A stretch of DNA of 64,000 bases from an uncultured delta proteobacterium (lineage in GTDB: Bacteria > Desulfobacterota > Zymogenia > Zymogenales > Zymogenaceae): positions 96,001-160,000 of the forward strand of contig CAWBYW010000004.1 in assembly GCA_963792965.1 (NCBI GenBank), written 5' to 3'. A model generated the notes under the pieces. The model was not told where the DNA came from and made no database searches. It saw only the letters and a program-made list of their open reading frames with translations. The position numbers and the translations under genes are program-made. Shown in pieces: positions 10,407 through 21,225 of this stretch (the first letter of the stretch is position 1; every line of letters starts with the position of its first letter).

Positions 10407-11843
10407 CTACGATAGAAGATCGAGGGCGCGAGCTATCCGCCTTTTCACGAGATCGGGGCCGATCGTCTCGGCGATCCGGTCCAGGGCCGGTCCGTGCTCC
10501 ATTCCGGTGAGCGCTGCCCGAATCGGCATGAGGAGGTCCCTGCCGACGCGTCCGGTAAGCTCGGAGACGTCCGAGAACGCGGCACGGTAGGCCTCGGCGG
10601 AGAGTTCCTTCATCTCGCCTATTCGTTTTAGCAGAATGCTGAGGACTGTTTTGGAATCATCACCGGACAAGACGTCACGGGCCGATTCGTCTATGGGCGG
10701 AAGCTCGTCGAAGAAGACGGGCATAAGCGCGGCGGCCTCATTGAGGGTCGAGATGTTGTCCCTGATGCAATCGGCAAAGCGGACGACGGAAATGCCGCGG
10801 GGCCCGTCGGCAGTATAGCCGTGGGTGCTCACGATCGGCGCGAGGCGCGCCGCAAGGTCCTCGGGCGAGAGGCCGCGGATCGCCGCGGCGTTTATCCGCC
10901 TTATTTTATCGACGTCCACCTTCACGCCCCCCCTTCCGAGCCGCTCGATATCAAAATCACGGGCGATCGCCTCGGTGGAGAGGACCCGCTTACCGGTATG
11001 CGCCGGGTTGCCGATAGAGGCAAGGTAGTTCAATATCGCCTCGGGGATGAACCCCTCCGCGATCAGACTCTCGATGTCAAAACCACCTTCCCGTTTCTTG
11101 ATCTTCTCGCCCGATTCGCTCAAGAGGAGCGGCAGATGCGCAAACGTCGGCACGCTATGCCCGAGGGCGTGGTAGATGAGAATCTGGCGCGGCGTGTTGG
11201 GGAGATGATCCTCCCCGCGGATGACATGGCTGATTCCCATGAGGGCATCGTCCACGGCCGAGGAAAAATTGTAGACGGCCGCGCCGTCGGCCCTGACGAT
11301 GACAAAGTCGCCGAAGGCGTCGGGGGAAAAGGCAACCTGCCCGTGGACGAGGTCATCGATGCGGATCTCTCCGAAATCAGCTTTGAACCGGACGGCGAAG
11401 GGCTCGCCGGTCCGGGCGGCGATATCCGGCTCAGTAAGACGGCGGCATCGGCCGGAATAGCGCGGCGGCCGCCCTTTGGCCGCCGCCTCCCTCCGCTCCT
11501 CGGCCAGCATCTCATCGGTGCAAAAACAGCGATAGGCGCGGCCCTCACTGAGCAGACGATCGGCGATTTCGGTATATCGCGAGCGGCGCTCGCTCTGGCG
11601 GTAGGGGCCCAGCACCCCCCCGAAAGTAGGCCCTTCATCCGGCTTGATGCCGAGCCAGAGGAGCTCATCGATGATTATTTGCTCCGCCGCTGGGTCGAAT
11701 CGTTTTTCGTCGGTGTCCTCGATTCGGAGAACGAAAACGCCCCCGCTCTTCTTGGCGAAGAGCCAGTTTGTGACGGCGATGCGGGCGTTGCCGAGGTGCA
11801 GGGGGCCGGTGGGACTGGGGGCGAACCGGACTCTGACAGTCAT
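10407..11843 (-). CDS. gltX: Glutamate--tRNA ligase
   Basis: RFAPSPTG, HLGN (HIGH), LRIEDTD, YRCFC, HVIRGEDH, variant KMSKS (KIKKR); ATGA overlap with ispF. Confidence 0.93.
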   Translation of the reverse strand: MTVRVRFAPSPTGPLHLGNARIAVTNWLFAKKSGGVFVLRIEDTDEKRFDPAAEQIIIDELLWLGIKPDEGPTFGGVLGPYRQSERRSRYTEIADRLLSEGRAYRCFCTDEMLAEERREAAAKGRPPRYSGRCRRLTEPDIAARTGEPFAVRFKADFGEIRIDDLVHGQVAFSPDAFGDFVIVRADGAAVYNFSSAVDDALMGISHVIRGEDHLPNTPRQILIYHALGHSVPTFAHLPLLLSESGEKIKKREGGFDIESLIAEGFIPEAILNYLASIGNPAHTGKRVLSTEAIARDFDIERLGRGGVKVDVDKIRRINAAAIRGLSPEDLAARLAPIVSTHGYTADGPRGISVVRFADCIRDNISTLNEAAALMPVFFDELPPIDESARDVLSGDDSKTVLSILLKRIGEMKELSAEAYRAAFSDVSELTGRVGRDLLMPIRAALTGMEHGPALDRIAETIGPDLVKRRIARALDLLS

Positions 11844-12319
11844 AGCTTTTCTTCGACCAGGGTTACCGCGACCCACGCGGCGATTCCCTCGCCCTTTCCG
11901 AGGAATCCGAGTCCCTCGTTGGTCTTCGCCTTCACGCTGACGCGTACCGGGTCGGTCTTGAGCGTGCCGGCGATTTTTTCTTCGATAGGGGTGATATAGT
12001 CTTTCAGCCGGGGACGCTCGGCGATGATCACGGCATCGACGTTATGTATCGACAGTCCCTTTGCGGTAGCGTTGCCGTAGGCGGCTTTGAGGAGCTCTAT
12101 GCTGTCGGCATCTTTATAGCGCACATCTGTGTCGGGAAAGAGGCGGCCGATATCTCCCAAGTGCGCCGCGCCGAGGATCGCGTCGATCAGGGCGTGGATA
12201 AGAACGTCCGCGTCGGAGTGTCCCGACAGGCCCTTCTCGTGGGGTATCGTGACTCCTCCGATGATCAGTCTCCTGCCCGGGACGAGCCGGTGCACGTCAT
12301 AGCCGATGCCGATTCTCAT
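11840..12319 (-). CDS. ispF: 2-C-methyl-D-erythritol 2,4-cyclodiphosphate synthase
   Basis: MRIGIGYDVH, GHSDADV, GDIG, KAKTNEGLG. Confidence 0.96.
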   Translation of the reverse strand: MRIGIGYDVHRLVPGRRLIIGGVTIPHEKGLSGHSDADVLIHALIDAILGAAHLGDIGRLFPDTDVRYKDADSIELLKAAYGNATAKGLSIHNVDAVIIAERPRLKDYITPIEEKIAGTLKTDPVRVSVKAKTNEGLGFLGKGEGIAAWVAVTLVEEKL

Positions 12320-12331
12320 ATGATACCGATA

Positions 12332-12358
12332 TAAAAAGGCCCGGAAGAGCTCCGGGCC
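12332..12358 (-). terminator. Intrinsic terminator after the PIN/TRAM gene
   Basis: Minus strand GGCCCGGA-loop-TCCGGGCC followed by TTTTT. Confidence 0.7.
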
Positions 12359-12376
12359 GCGTGAGTCCGCGCGCGA

Positions 12377-13402
12377 TTAGCCGTTTTCCACAAATCTATC
12401 CCCGCCCTCTCCCTTGAGAACCGTGAATATCATCCTACCCGCTGTGGTCTGGAGGACCGATGTCACCGCGACGTCTATGTTTCTGCCGAGATACTGTTTC
12501 GCGTTATCCACCACGACCATCGTCCCGTCGTCGAGGTAGGCGACACCCTGGCCTTCTTCCTTACCCTCTTTGAGGATACGCACGTTCATCACTTCGCCGG
12601 GCAACACCACGGGCTTCAGCGCATTTGCCAGCTGGTTGATGTTGAGGACCTCTATCCCCTGGAGCTCGGCCACCTTATTCAGATTGAAATCGTTGGTGAT
12701 GATCTTTCCCTTGTTCTTCTGGGCAAGCGCGATGAGCTTGTCGTCCACTTCCCTGATCTTGGGGAAATCGACATCGATGATCTTGACTTCCAGCCCGATC
12801 TGCTTCTGGAGTTTATTGAGGATATCCAGCCCGCGTCTGCCTCTCGTCCTCTTGATGGGGTCGGAGGAATCTGCGATGTGCTGGAGTTCCCGCAGCACGA
12901 ACTGAGGAATGACGATCGTGCCTTCGACAAATCCCGTCTCGCAAAGGTCCGATATTCGCCCGTCGATGATAACCGACGTATCGAGTATCTTATAGCTCTC
13001 TTCCTTCTCCTTTTCGGCCGGCGCTCTCTTAAAGAGGGTGAAGGTGATGTCTTCGCCCTTCTTGATTCCGATACCCGCGCCCAGATACCCAAACAGGATA
13101 TTGGTCAGGATGTAAAAGGCGATTGTGCTCGGATCGGGTTTAAGCAGCTGGAAGACAAGGGTGTACGAAACGATATTGGCGGCGATGATACCGACGACCA
13201 TACCAACAACGCCCGAGACAATCACCTTCAATTCGGTCTTTTTCGCCCAGGTTATCGCGATGATGACCAGGATCGCCAACAGAGCTCCGAAGAGGGCGCC
13301 CATTATCGAGGGATAGGGGAAAAACGGAAATATCGGACCCGCGAGGTACCCGAAAAGCGCGCTAAAAATGATCAGAAGCCCACGCAAAATGTAGGTATAC
13401 AA
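12377..13402 (-). CDS. Membrane-anchored PIN/TRAM domain protein (YacL family)
   Basis: N-terminal TM helices, [38 protein letters not shown]; TTG start after GGAGGTGA. Confidence 0.93.
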   Translation of the reverse strand: MYTYILRGLLIIFSALFGYLAGPIFPFFPYPSIMGALFGALLAILVIIAITWAKKTELKVIVSGVVGMVVGIIAANIVSYTLVFQLLKPDPSTIAFYILTNILFGYLGAGIGIKKGEDITFTLFKRAPAEKEKEESYKILDTSVIIDGRISDLCETGFVEGTIVIPQFVLRELQHIADSSDPIKRTRGRRGLDILNKLQKQIGLEVKIIDVDFPKIREVDDKLIALAQKNKGKIITNDFNLNKVAELQGIEVLNINQLANALKPVVLPGEVMNVRILKEGKEEGQGVAYLDDGTMVVVDNAKQYLGRNIDVAVTSVLQTTAGRMIFTVLKGEGGDRFVENG

Positions 13403-13589
13403 AATATACTCACCTCCCATAAGTACTCTGGTAATATACCATCTCACCTGCACAGTGCAATCATCGCAGATGTCATATCACCATCTGATACAATTATACT
13501 ATAAATTGGGTAATAAGTGAACACGTTTCAAAAAAAAGATTTCTTTGTGGAAGGTGGCAGGAACGGCGATGAGGGAAGGTTTCTCGGAT

Positions 13590-14090
13590 TCAGATTGTCT
13601 CTTTATCCTTTACGAAGATATTTACCAAATCAGACCGTATCTTAGTTTCATCAGTCCCTTGGGCGATGGCAAGTTCCTTCACGAGAAGGGTCGTCGCCAT
13701 ATCCAACAGCTTGCGCTCTCCGAAGGAGAGCTCTTTTTCCTGCTTTAATATATATAAGTCCCGCAAGACGGCGGCGATCTCAAAAACAGAACCGGTCTTT
13801 ATCTTTTCCATGTATTCGCGATATCTTCTGTTCCATGTTTGATTATCGATCTCAATCCCTTTTTCGCACAGTATGTCGTAGACCTCCTTAACCCTTTTTC
13901 TTGATATGATCTGCCTCAACCCAACGTTCTTGATGTTACACGACGGGATCATGATGGTCATTCCATTATCCATGATACGCATGGTATAAAAGAGCTGACA
14001 CGTCCCCGAAATTATTTTTTCTTCGATGGATTCAATGACTCCAACACCGTGTGCCGGATATACTGCAAGATCCCCGACTTTAAACATCAT
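13590..14090 (-). CDS. carD: CarD/CdnL family RNA-polymerase-binding regulator
   Basis: FKVGDLAVYPAHGVG, WNRRYR, LSFGERK. Confidence 0.93.
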   Translation of the reverse strand: MMFKVGDLAVYPAHGVGVIESIEEKIISGTCQLFYTMRIMDNGMTIMIPSCNIKNVGLRQIISRKRVKEVYDILCEKGIEIDNQTWNRRYREYMEKIKTGSVFEIAAVLRDLYILKQEKELSFGERKLLDMATTLLVKELAIAQGTDETKIRSDLVNIFVKDKETI

Positions 14091-14172
14091 GGCTCACCCT
14101 CCTCGGGCGAATGGTTGTCCCTCCTCTCAGCATGGGAAACTGAACATGAGCACATAGCGATTTCGTTCTTTA

Positions 14173-14901
14173 TCATTGTTCCTTGGATCGATACAACGGC
14201 TTCAATATGATTTCGATTCGTCGGTTGCGGGCCTTGCCCTCTTCGTTTCCGTTATCGGCAACCGGATGGTACTCGGAATAACCCGATGCGGCGATGACGG
14301 TGGGGTCGATCCCCACGGTTTCCTGAAGGTATCTCACAACCACGACTGCCCGCGCGGTGGAGAGCTCCCAGTTGGTGGGAAACCTTCCTTTGAGGGCCGG
14401 GCTGATGGGGACGTTATCGGTGTGCCCCTCCACCACGATCATCTTATCCTTAACGTCTTTGAGGATGTCTCCGACCCTCTTAAGGACCTGGAGGCCTTCC
14501 GGCTTGATCACGGTTTTGCCTGAATCGAACAGGATCTTATCCAGAACGTTGACCGAAAGCTCGCCCCTCAGGTTGGTAATCTCGATATTACCGTCGTCAA
14601 TCTCCTTCTTCAGCTCGTCTATCAGGTCATTGTAAGTCTCGTCCGATTTTTCGATCTCATCTCTTTTTTGCTTGTCCGTTCTGGATAGTTCTTCGACTTT
14701 CGCCTGAGCCTGGTCGAGCTCGGCGTCCTTCACCTCGAGATCTGCCTGTGATTTATCGAGGAGGTTTTTTAGCTTAAAGGTTTCGTCGTCCTTCGCCTGT
14801 AACTCGACAGCGGCGGGCCGGTATTTGTATACGTAAAACCAGCCGGATAGGGCGGTTACTGCTATCAGAAGGGCGATGAGTGAGCCGGTAACATACTTCA
14901 T
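14173..14901 (-). CDS. OmpA/MotB-family peptidoglycan-binding membrane protein
   Basis: N-terminal TM, coiled coil, ILFDSG, VEGHTDN, NWELSTARA, RNRRIEI. Confidence 0.88.
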   Translation of the reverse strand: MKYVTGSLIALLIAVTALSGWFYVYKYRPAAVELQAKDDETFKLKNLLDKSQADLEVKDAELDQAQAKVEELSRTDKQKRDEIEKSDETYNDLIDELKKEIDDGNIEITNLRGELSVNVLDKILFDSGKTVIKPEGLQVLKRVGDILKDVKDKMIVVEGHTDNVPISPALKGRFPTNWELSTARAVVVVRYLQETVGIDPTVIAASGYSEYHPVADNGNEEGKARNRRIEIILKPLYRSKEQ

Positions 14902-14923
14902 AATACAAAATACCAATGAGGCT

Positions 14924-14952
14924 ATTTTATCATTAGAAACGCGCTGTGTCAA
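14924..14952 (-). promoter_or_regulatory. Sigma70-type promoter
   Basis: TTGACA-N17-TAAAAT with extended TG. Confidence 0.65.
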
Positions 14953-15066
14953 ACATATTTGTCCCACTTTTTTCGCGGACGTTTTGAGCAGCGTGGGACG
15001 TCCCCCCCTCTCTCCTTGCCGGTCATGCCTGCGGCCGCAGGTACGGTTCTTTCTTTTTCCTATGCC

Positions 15067-16365
15067 TTAAGGCCCGCGGCGCCTCGAATTTCCCGGTCCA
15101 CGCGATTCCGCCATCCGTATGCCGCGCTTTTGTCTTACCTGCGTCAGGATAATTCCCCCCGCGATAAAGAAGAAGACAATGGAGACGATGGAAATCCTGC
15201 TGGATCCAGTGAGCTGAGCCACCAGGCCGAAGATAAAGGGTCCGAGGATTCCCGACACCTTTGAACTGACGTCATAGAAGCCGTAAAACTCAGCGGTCTT
15301 GCTCTTGGGGATCATGGATCCGTAAAGGGAGCGGGAAAGGGCCTGGGACCCTCCCTGGACCATGGCGACAAAGACGGCGAGGATCCAGAAATGGAGGGCA
15401 TTCTGAATGAAATATCCGCCGACGGCGATCCCGGTATATATTACCAGCGATACGAGAATCGCGCTCTTGGCCGAGAAGCGCCGGGCGATTCGGCCGAAGA
15501 GGAGGGTAAACGGGATTCCCAGAAACTGTACCATGAGGATTGCCCCGATAAGGTCGGTCTGGGCAATACCGATCTCCGACCCGAAGATAGTCGCCATGAC
15601 GATTATCGTGCCGATGCCATCGTTGTAGAGCCAATAGGCGATCAACATTTTGAACGTTTCCTCGAATTTCCTGATCTCCGAAAAGGTTTTGGCCAGCCGC
15701 TGAAAACCGGCGGCAACGGGGTTTCTGAATTCACCTTTCATGACGGTGGCGGGCGGCTCCGGGACGTTGAGCATGACCGGTATCGTGAAGAGGGCCCACC
15801 ATATCCCCACCGTCAGGAAAGAAATACGGGACCCCCATTCCGCGTTTGGTATGCCGAATAACTCCGGCTTCATGATCATGGCAAGATTGACGGCAAGCAG
15901 GATGCCTCCTCCGAGATACCCGAGTGCGTATCCCTGGCTGGACACCGTATCGATCCGATCGCCGGCGATATGCGGCAACAGCGAGTCGTTGAAGATGATA
16001 GAGCTGGTAAAGGAGATGTTGCCGAGGATGTAGAAGAGCGAGGCCAGCAGCCAGTCGCCGGTGGATACCATGATCAGCAAAGCCGAAGCGATGGAGCCGG
16101 TCAGAGCGAAAAATCCCATGAATTTTTTTCGGGCGCCGCTGTGATCCGCGATCGCGCCAAGGATGGGTGACAGAAACGCGCCGACGATCATCGCGGCGGT
16201 GACGGTGTATCCCCAGTAGGCGGAGGCGATGTTCGGCTTCAAGCTCGCCCCGGCGACCTTCGAAAAAAAGGTCGGCAGAACCGCCGCCATAATCGTTGTG
16301 GCGAAGGCGGAGTTGGCCCAATCGTACATACACCAACTGAAGATGACCTTTCGATTCGATGTCAT
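15067..16365 (-). CDS. MFS transporter, UMF1/Atg22-like family
   Basis: SWCMYDWANSAF, LGAIAD, GYALGYLGG, GGSQALSRS; GGAGG SD. Confidence 0.9.
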   Translation of the reverse strand: MTSNRKVIFSWCMYDWANSAFATTIMAAVLPTFFSKVAGASLKPNIASAYWGYTVTAAMIVGAFLSPILGAIADHSGARKKFMGFFALTGSIASALLIMVSTGDWLLASLFYILGNISFTSSIIFNDSLLPHIAGDRIDTVSSQGYALGYLGGGILLAVNLAMIMKPELFGIPNAEWGSRISFLTVGIWWALFTIPVMLNVPEPPATVMKGEFRNPVAAGFQRLAKTFSEIRKFEETFKMLIAYWLYNDGIGTIIVMATIFGSEIGIAQTDLIGAILMVQFLGIPFTLLFGRIARRFSAKSAILVSLVIYTGIAVGGYFIQNALHFWILAVFVAMVQGGSQALSRSLYGSMIPKSKTAEFYGFYDVSSKVSGILGPFIFGLVAQLTGSSRISIVSIVFFFIAGGIILTQVRQKRGIRMAESRGPGNSRRRGP

Positions 16366-16451
16366 AAAGGCTCCTCCACAAGAAATATCTCTTATTATAA
16401 TAGAGAATTGCCGCACGCTCAAATCAAAAAAGGCGCTCGGATACTCGTCCC

Positions 16452-16480
16452 TTGACAGAAGCGACGATGCGGAATAAGAT
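16452..16480 (+). promoter_or_regulatory. Sigma70-type promoter
   Basis: TTGACA-N17-TAAGAT. Confidence 0.55.
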
Positions 16481-16489
16481 ATGAACACC

Positions 16490-17336
16490 ATGGAGACGGT
16501 TTGGAAATTCACCTTTCGACCCAGGGGGTACGTCGACCTTGCCCCGCTGGCAGCCGGTGAGAAGCTTTATCTCCTATCCAACTATTCCCTCTGGTGCCAC
16601 GACCTCCGCTGGGGGTACTATTACTTCAGGGAGCCGATACTCGGAGACCTAAAGAAGCTCCTCTTCCCCGAACGTGGATGGGTCAAGAGATTCGTCTGGT
16701 CCCGGGGGCTCCTTTTCCTGATGCTCGTCGACCGTTTCGACTCAACCTCAGAGATCGTCTTTGACCCCGTGAAACAAAAGATCGTCAAGGTTGATACCGC
16801 CCCCCTCTACGGCGCGGTAAAATATATCTTTAAGTCAGGCGTCAAGGTCGAGCGCTGCTTTGTGGATGGAAAGTATCCGGGAAGGAGTGACCGCGCACCT
16901 CCATCACGAAAAGACCCTCCTCTGGACGAGCGCAGACAAGCTGCGCCCCGCCATCAAATACACCGAGGTGGTGGGAGATATCCTGTTGGTGGGCGACACA
17001 ATCGTCGTCTGCCAGAACTACTTCGCGCGGAAACGCCATATGCCGGCCGGATTTTCGATCACCGCGTTCAACTACCGTACCGGGGAGGTCTGCTGGAACA
17101 TAGAATCGTATACCTATTCCCACCGATTGTTTCCCTCGGTCGTCGTAGACGATAACCTCTACATAACCGGGGGAGGGCACAACGACGGCTTCTTCAGGAA
17201 GATCGACCTCGTCTCGGGCAAGATTTTGACCCACGAGATGCTTCCCGCGGTCGATTCAGGGCTTGCCTATCATAAGGGTGTCTTTTTCTTCGGGGCGGGC
17301 GGAGAGGTTGTCGCCATGAGGGAAGATCACAGATGA
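16490..17336 (+). CDS. Hypothetical protein, possible PQQ-like beta-propeller; frameshift near 16860
   Basis: Two overlapping ORFs join; AFNYRTGEVCW and IDLVSGKIL blade-like motifs. Confidence 0.5.
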
Positions 17337-17392
17337 GGAAGGCGGGCGCGATGGGATGAGACACATCATCAAGGCATCTAAACGGAAAAGCG

Positions 17393-17429
17393 ACCGGACA
17401 CGGGGAAAAGCCCGTGTCCGGTTTCCTTT
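17393..17429. terminator. Hairpin between convergent genes
   Basis: ACCGGACACGGG-loop-CCCGTGTCCGGT followed by a T-rich tail. Confidence 0.65.
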
Positions 17430-17448
17430 GTCCGTCACGCGCCTTCGG

Positions 17449-18165
17449 TTATATCCACTTGAGGATACCCATGAAGAGGATGAGACAGACGATATCGACG
17501 GCGTACATCGACGATACGACCGTGATCTTCTTCTTCATGGACGGCATGTCGTAGACCCAGAAGGAGAAGAACATGTAGAGGGAATAGCCGATGATGATGA
17601 TCAGAATCGGGTTATACCAGTTCCACCACCAGTATTGCCAGATCAAGGCGTTCCAGCGGTTAAGGATGATCTCGACGATGACACAGAGGATCGCGTTTGA
17701 GAAGGCGAAAAAGACGCGGTTGGGGATGCCCATGATCTTCATCTTCTTGTCTTTTGGGAGCACCTTGGCAAAGACGATCCCCATGAAGGCAAACATCAGA
17801 CAGATCTCGATGTTGAGGCCGACCGTGATGACGAAGGCGCTATTGCGTCGCACCCGTAGCAGCATTTACGCCGGTGACCGTCCAAACAGCCGATGTCCCG
17901 TGGACATAGAGGAAGATCGCGTTGAGGATTTCGAGGAACCACTCAAGACCCCAGAAGGCGAGCCCGCCATGATAACGTTCCAGTTCTTCCTCTCGACCTC
18001 GTTGAAGTAGACGTAGAAGACGAGGACGAAAATGGGGACGAGGTACCACTGGAAAAAGTCGGGGCTCCTCAGGTTCAGGATCGCCTGGTTGGTCGCCTCG
18101 GTGTAGCCCGGGTCCGGCATAAGGCCGATGGCCCGGTTTGACAGCTCAAGAAAGATCGCGTTCAT
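17449..18165 (-). CDS. Uncharacterised multi-pass membrane protein; frame breaks near 17960 and 17860
   Basis: Three consecutive hydrophobic ORF segments with coding-like codon use; GGAGG SD. Confidence 0.7.
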
Positions 18166-18438
18166 GCCATACCTCCCTATAGTTTACACAACTTTTCAAT
18201 CAGTGACGACGGCGCGCGGCCTCGTGCACGGTACGGTTTGGCTCACGTTGCCCCGGTCTTTCTCGACCGGGACGGCTGGGGCGGGTCCCTGGGGCCGGCC
18301 TGTTACCTCTCCTGCGACGGGAGTCTGCTTTTAACGTGAAGAGATTGTAACAGATGTGATAGGATGAGGACAAGATAAAAAGCAATGACGGTCCGGTATC
18401 GGCAGGTGTCTGAGGTATCATTTCGGATAGGATGTGCG

Positions 18439-18870
18439 ATGGACGGAAACTCAATTCTCATCGGGGTAGGTGCGCTGGTGGAGGACCAGGAGGAAAGAAT
18501 CCTCCTGGTCAGGCACAAGAAGGAGAGGGGCGGGTACTGGCAGGGGAAGTGGATCCTTCCGGGGGGAATGCTCGAGGTCGGGGAGACGATCGACGAGGGA
18601 ATCGTGCGGGAGGTGAGGGAGGAGACGGGCCTTGCCGTCGAGATCGTCCCAACGGACGTGGAGCCGATGGAAAGGATCGTGCGGGACAACGGGAGAGTCG
18701 TCCTCCATGTCGTCTATATCGTCAAGCGCGCGCGGGTTGCCGGGGGTGTGCTTTCCCCGGCAAGTGACGTGGGCGAGGCGATGTGGGTGAAACGGGAGGA
18801 GCTTGCCGCTCTGAGAGATGAGCTCCATCCGGACACGACCAGGATATTGGAGCAGTTCGGGATCACGTAG
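18439..18870 (+). CDS. NUDIX hydrolase
   Basis: Intact Nudix box GGMLEVGETIDEGIVREVREETG. Confidence 0.92.
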   Translation: MDGNSILIGVGALVEDQEERILLVRHKKERGGYWQGKWILPGGMLEVGETIDEGIVREVREETGLAVEIVPTDVEPMERIVRDNGRVVLHVVYIVKRARVAGGVLSPASDVGEAMWVKREELAALRDELHPDTTRILEQFGIT

Positions 18871-18993
18871 GTAGCGACCGGCCGAAAATTACGGGCGCGG
18901 CTCAAGACATCAAGCCACTTGTCTCATATTTTCACTAGTTCTTCATCTGTACTACGATATCGTACATCTCTTCCAGAGAATCTAAGAAAACGC

Positions 18994-19021
18994 TTGACAT
19001 ATCAGTACAATTAACTAAAAT
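18994..19021 (+). promoter_or_regulatory. Sigma70-type promoter in AT-rich intergenic DNA
   Basis: TTGACA-N16-TAAAAT; perfect palindrome TACGATATCGTA at 18953-18964 upstream. Confidence 0.55.
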
Positions 19022-19056
19022 TACTCCATTAGAAAAATCTAATGGAGGTAATCTCT

Positions 19057-20839
19057 ATGATAAGAAAGACGCTCTTAGTATCCGTATTTTCGGTGCTCCT
19101 GATTGCCGCGTTTGCGGCCGTGGCGGGGGCACAGGACTCGATCTACATCTCGGAGCCGACCGTGGTGGATATGCCCAAGATCCTCCCGCGGTATGATGCC
19201 TCGCTCTGGAACATGGATTTCAGGGACAACCCGGCGCTGCTTTAAGCTTGACTGCCCGTACGAGCTCATCTCCGATTTCTATTATCTCGGCGGCTACCGG
19301 CACATCTCGACGGACGCACTGGGCCAGATTCGCTCCATTTCGTCTCCCAGCCGGCCTTCAGCTCTACGGGCCACCGAGATGACCTACTACGCCCACGGGC
19401 TGGGGGCCGACGTCGGGTTCGCGCTCAAGCTCAATGACCGGGCGAACGTCGCCGCCGTATTCGGCTACCGGTGGAACCACGTGAGCGGCGACGGAGACGT
19501 CTCCGACGTCTGGCGGCGGTTTGCGCCGTTTACCGCGTGGCGGGGATTTTAACGGATCGGTCGACGAGAATTTCAACGGCCATACCTTCGGCGCGTCGCT
19601 GCTCTTTTCCAGCGTCCTTACCGATAAGGTCACCTTCGGCGCCGGGTTCAAGCTTGCATACATACAAGATAAGTACGACAGCGACATGACCGGGTTCGGC
19701 GCGAGCAACGGGATCCTCTCCACCGGAACGGAGAGCGCAGTCACCGATCGCGACCTGACTCTGAACTACCGGCGGTTCGGCCCCGTCCTCGGGATTTCCG
19801 TGAAGCCGTCGTCGATGCTGACGATAGACGCCTCGCTTGAAGCCGGGTTCTACGTCGGCGACGTCGAGAAGGAATCGACGCTTGCGCAGGACTTCACTAT
19901 GATAATCAGGCCGGCTTCAGACCTTTACACCGAGGACCTCGGCTCGAGCGACCTCAACGGGTGGGACCTGGCGGCGAAGGTGAAGCCGGAGATCATTCTT
20001 TCCGACGCGATTTCGGTGCCCCTCATCGTCGCGTTCAACTACCGGGACTTCCGCTGGAACGTCGACGGGACCTCTATCGGCTTCATTCGAGCCCTTCAAT
20101 CTGCTGGACGTGGCGCTTGGGGAGGGAACCGTCGCCTATGACAGACAGACGACCACGCTGGGACATCTCAGGCGGGGCCGGGCTGAAATACCGCGCGGGG
20201 TGGGGCACGCTGACGGGGCTCCTCGCCTATACGCACCGGGACTACCGGGACAGCTACGGCATCGACGATCAATAAGGACGTCACCCCTTCCACTTGGTGG
20301 CCTTTACGCAGCGGGATAAGGAGACCAAGGACATCCTCTCCCTCGGCGTGGTCTTCGAGAAGGAATTTTCCTCCACGCTTTCGGCTGACCTCGGGATGTG
20401 CTACGACATCGGCTGGGGTACCCGGAATATCTACACGACCCTCGCGTCGGTCTTCGAAACATTTCCGATCCCGTCGCCGCAGCTCCTCATCAAGAACGAC
20501 GGGAGCGGCAAATTCCAGGACCTGACCCTCACTACCCACCTCACGGTCAAGCCGACAGATCGGCTCTCGCTTGCTTTCGGCGGCATGGTGAAGATTCCGC
20601 TGGAAACCCTCGACTACGATACGAACGGAAACGCGGCCGGTCTGGAAGCCTTTCCGCTTGCAGATCGGCCCGGGTACTTCTTCGGCGGCCCGTTCTTCAT
20701 GGGATACGAGTCCAGGGGCTGGGACTGGGGCGGCCTCTTTTCGGTCACCTACGAGTTCGGTTGCCCGAAACCGGTGCCCCCGGTCGTTCCTGCCCCGCCC
20801 GCTCCTGCTCCTCAGCTGACGCCAATGAGCCAGCGGTAA
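19057..20839 (+). CDS. Secreted, probable outer-membrane beta-barrel protein (about 590 aa); about four frameshifts
   Basis: Sec signal peptide (MIRK...AGA-QD), amphipathic Gly/aromatic beta-strands, SVTYEF then a Pro-rich tail; ORF pieces tile continuously. Confidence 0.65.
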
Positions 20840-20874
20840 CCGTCAGCGGAATGAACGCATAAGCCACTAACATC

Positions 20875-20908
20875 AAGGGGTGATCCGTTGGATCACCCCT
20901 TCTCTTTT
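20875..20908 (+). terminator. Intrinsic terminator
   Basis: AAGGGGTGATCC-GTT-GGATCACCCCTT then CTCTTTT. Confidence 0.75.
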
Positions 20909-21225
20909 ACATGATATGGGGATATGTTCAACAAACGCGGTATTACGCCGGAGGCCGCAGTGAGTCGGATATGCCGGTCAGGAATCAGCTTGCCGTCGCC
21001 TTCGAGGAGAATGAAGCACTTAAAGAGGTGGCCAAAGAGCTCTCAAAAGAGCAATGGAAGCAGTTTCTCCGGGGTGTGGGGGGTTAGTGCGGGAGTCCTG
21101 ACGATCCCTATTCTGAGCCTTCTTCTGTCCGGACGGAACGATACAATCACGGCGGGTTAGTTATCGTTTCGGTTATCACGCAGTGGATAGCGTTTCCCTC
21201 AAGCGATCCAACCCATTGATATTAT

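Noticed and set aside
20909-21225. Genomic island or att site at the tRNA-Gln 3' end, and small ORFs there
   Set aside because: No integrase and no duplicated tRNA 3' end seen; the short ORFs lack a clear SD or motifs
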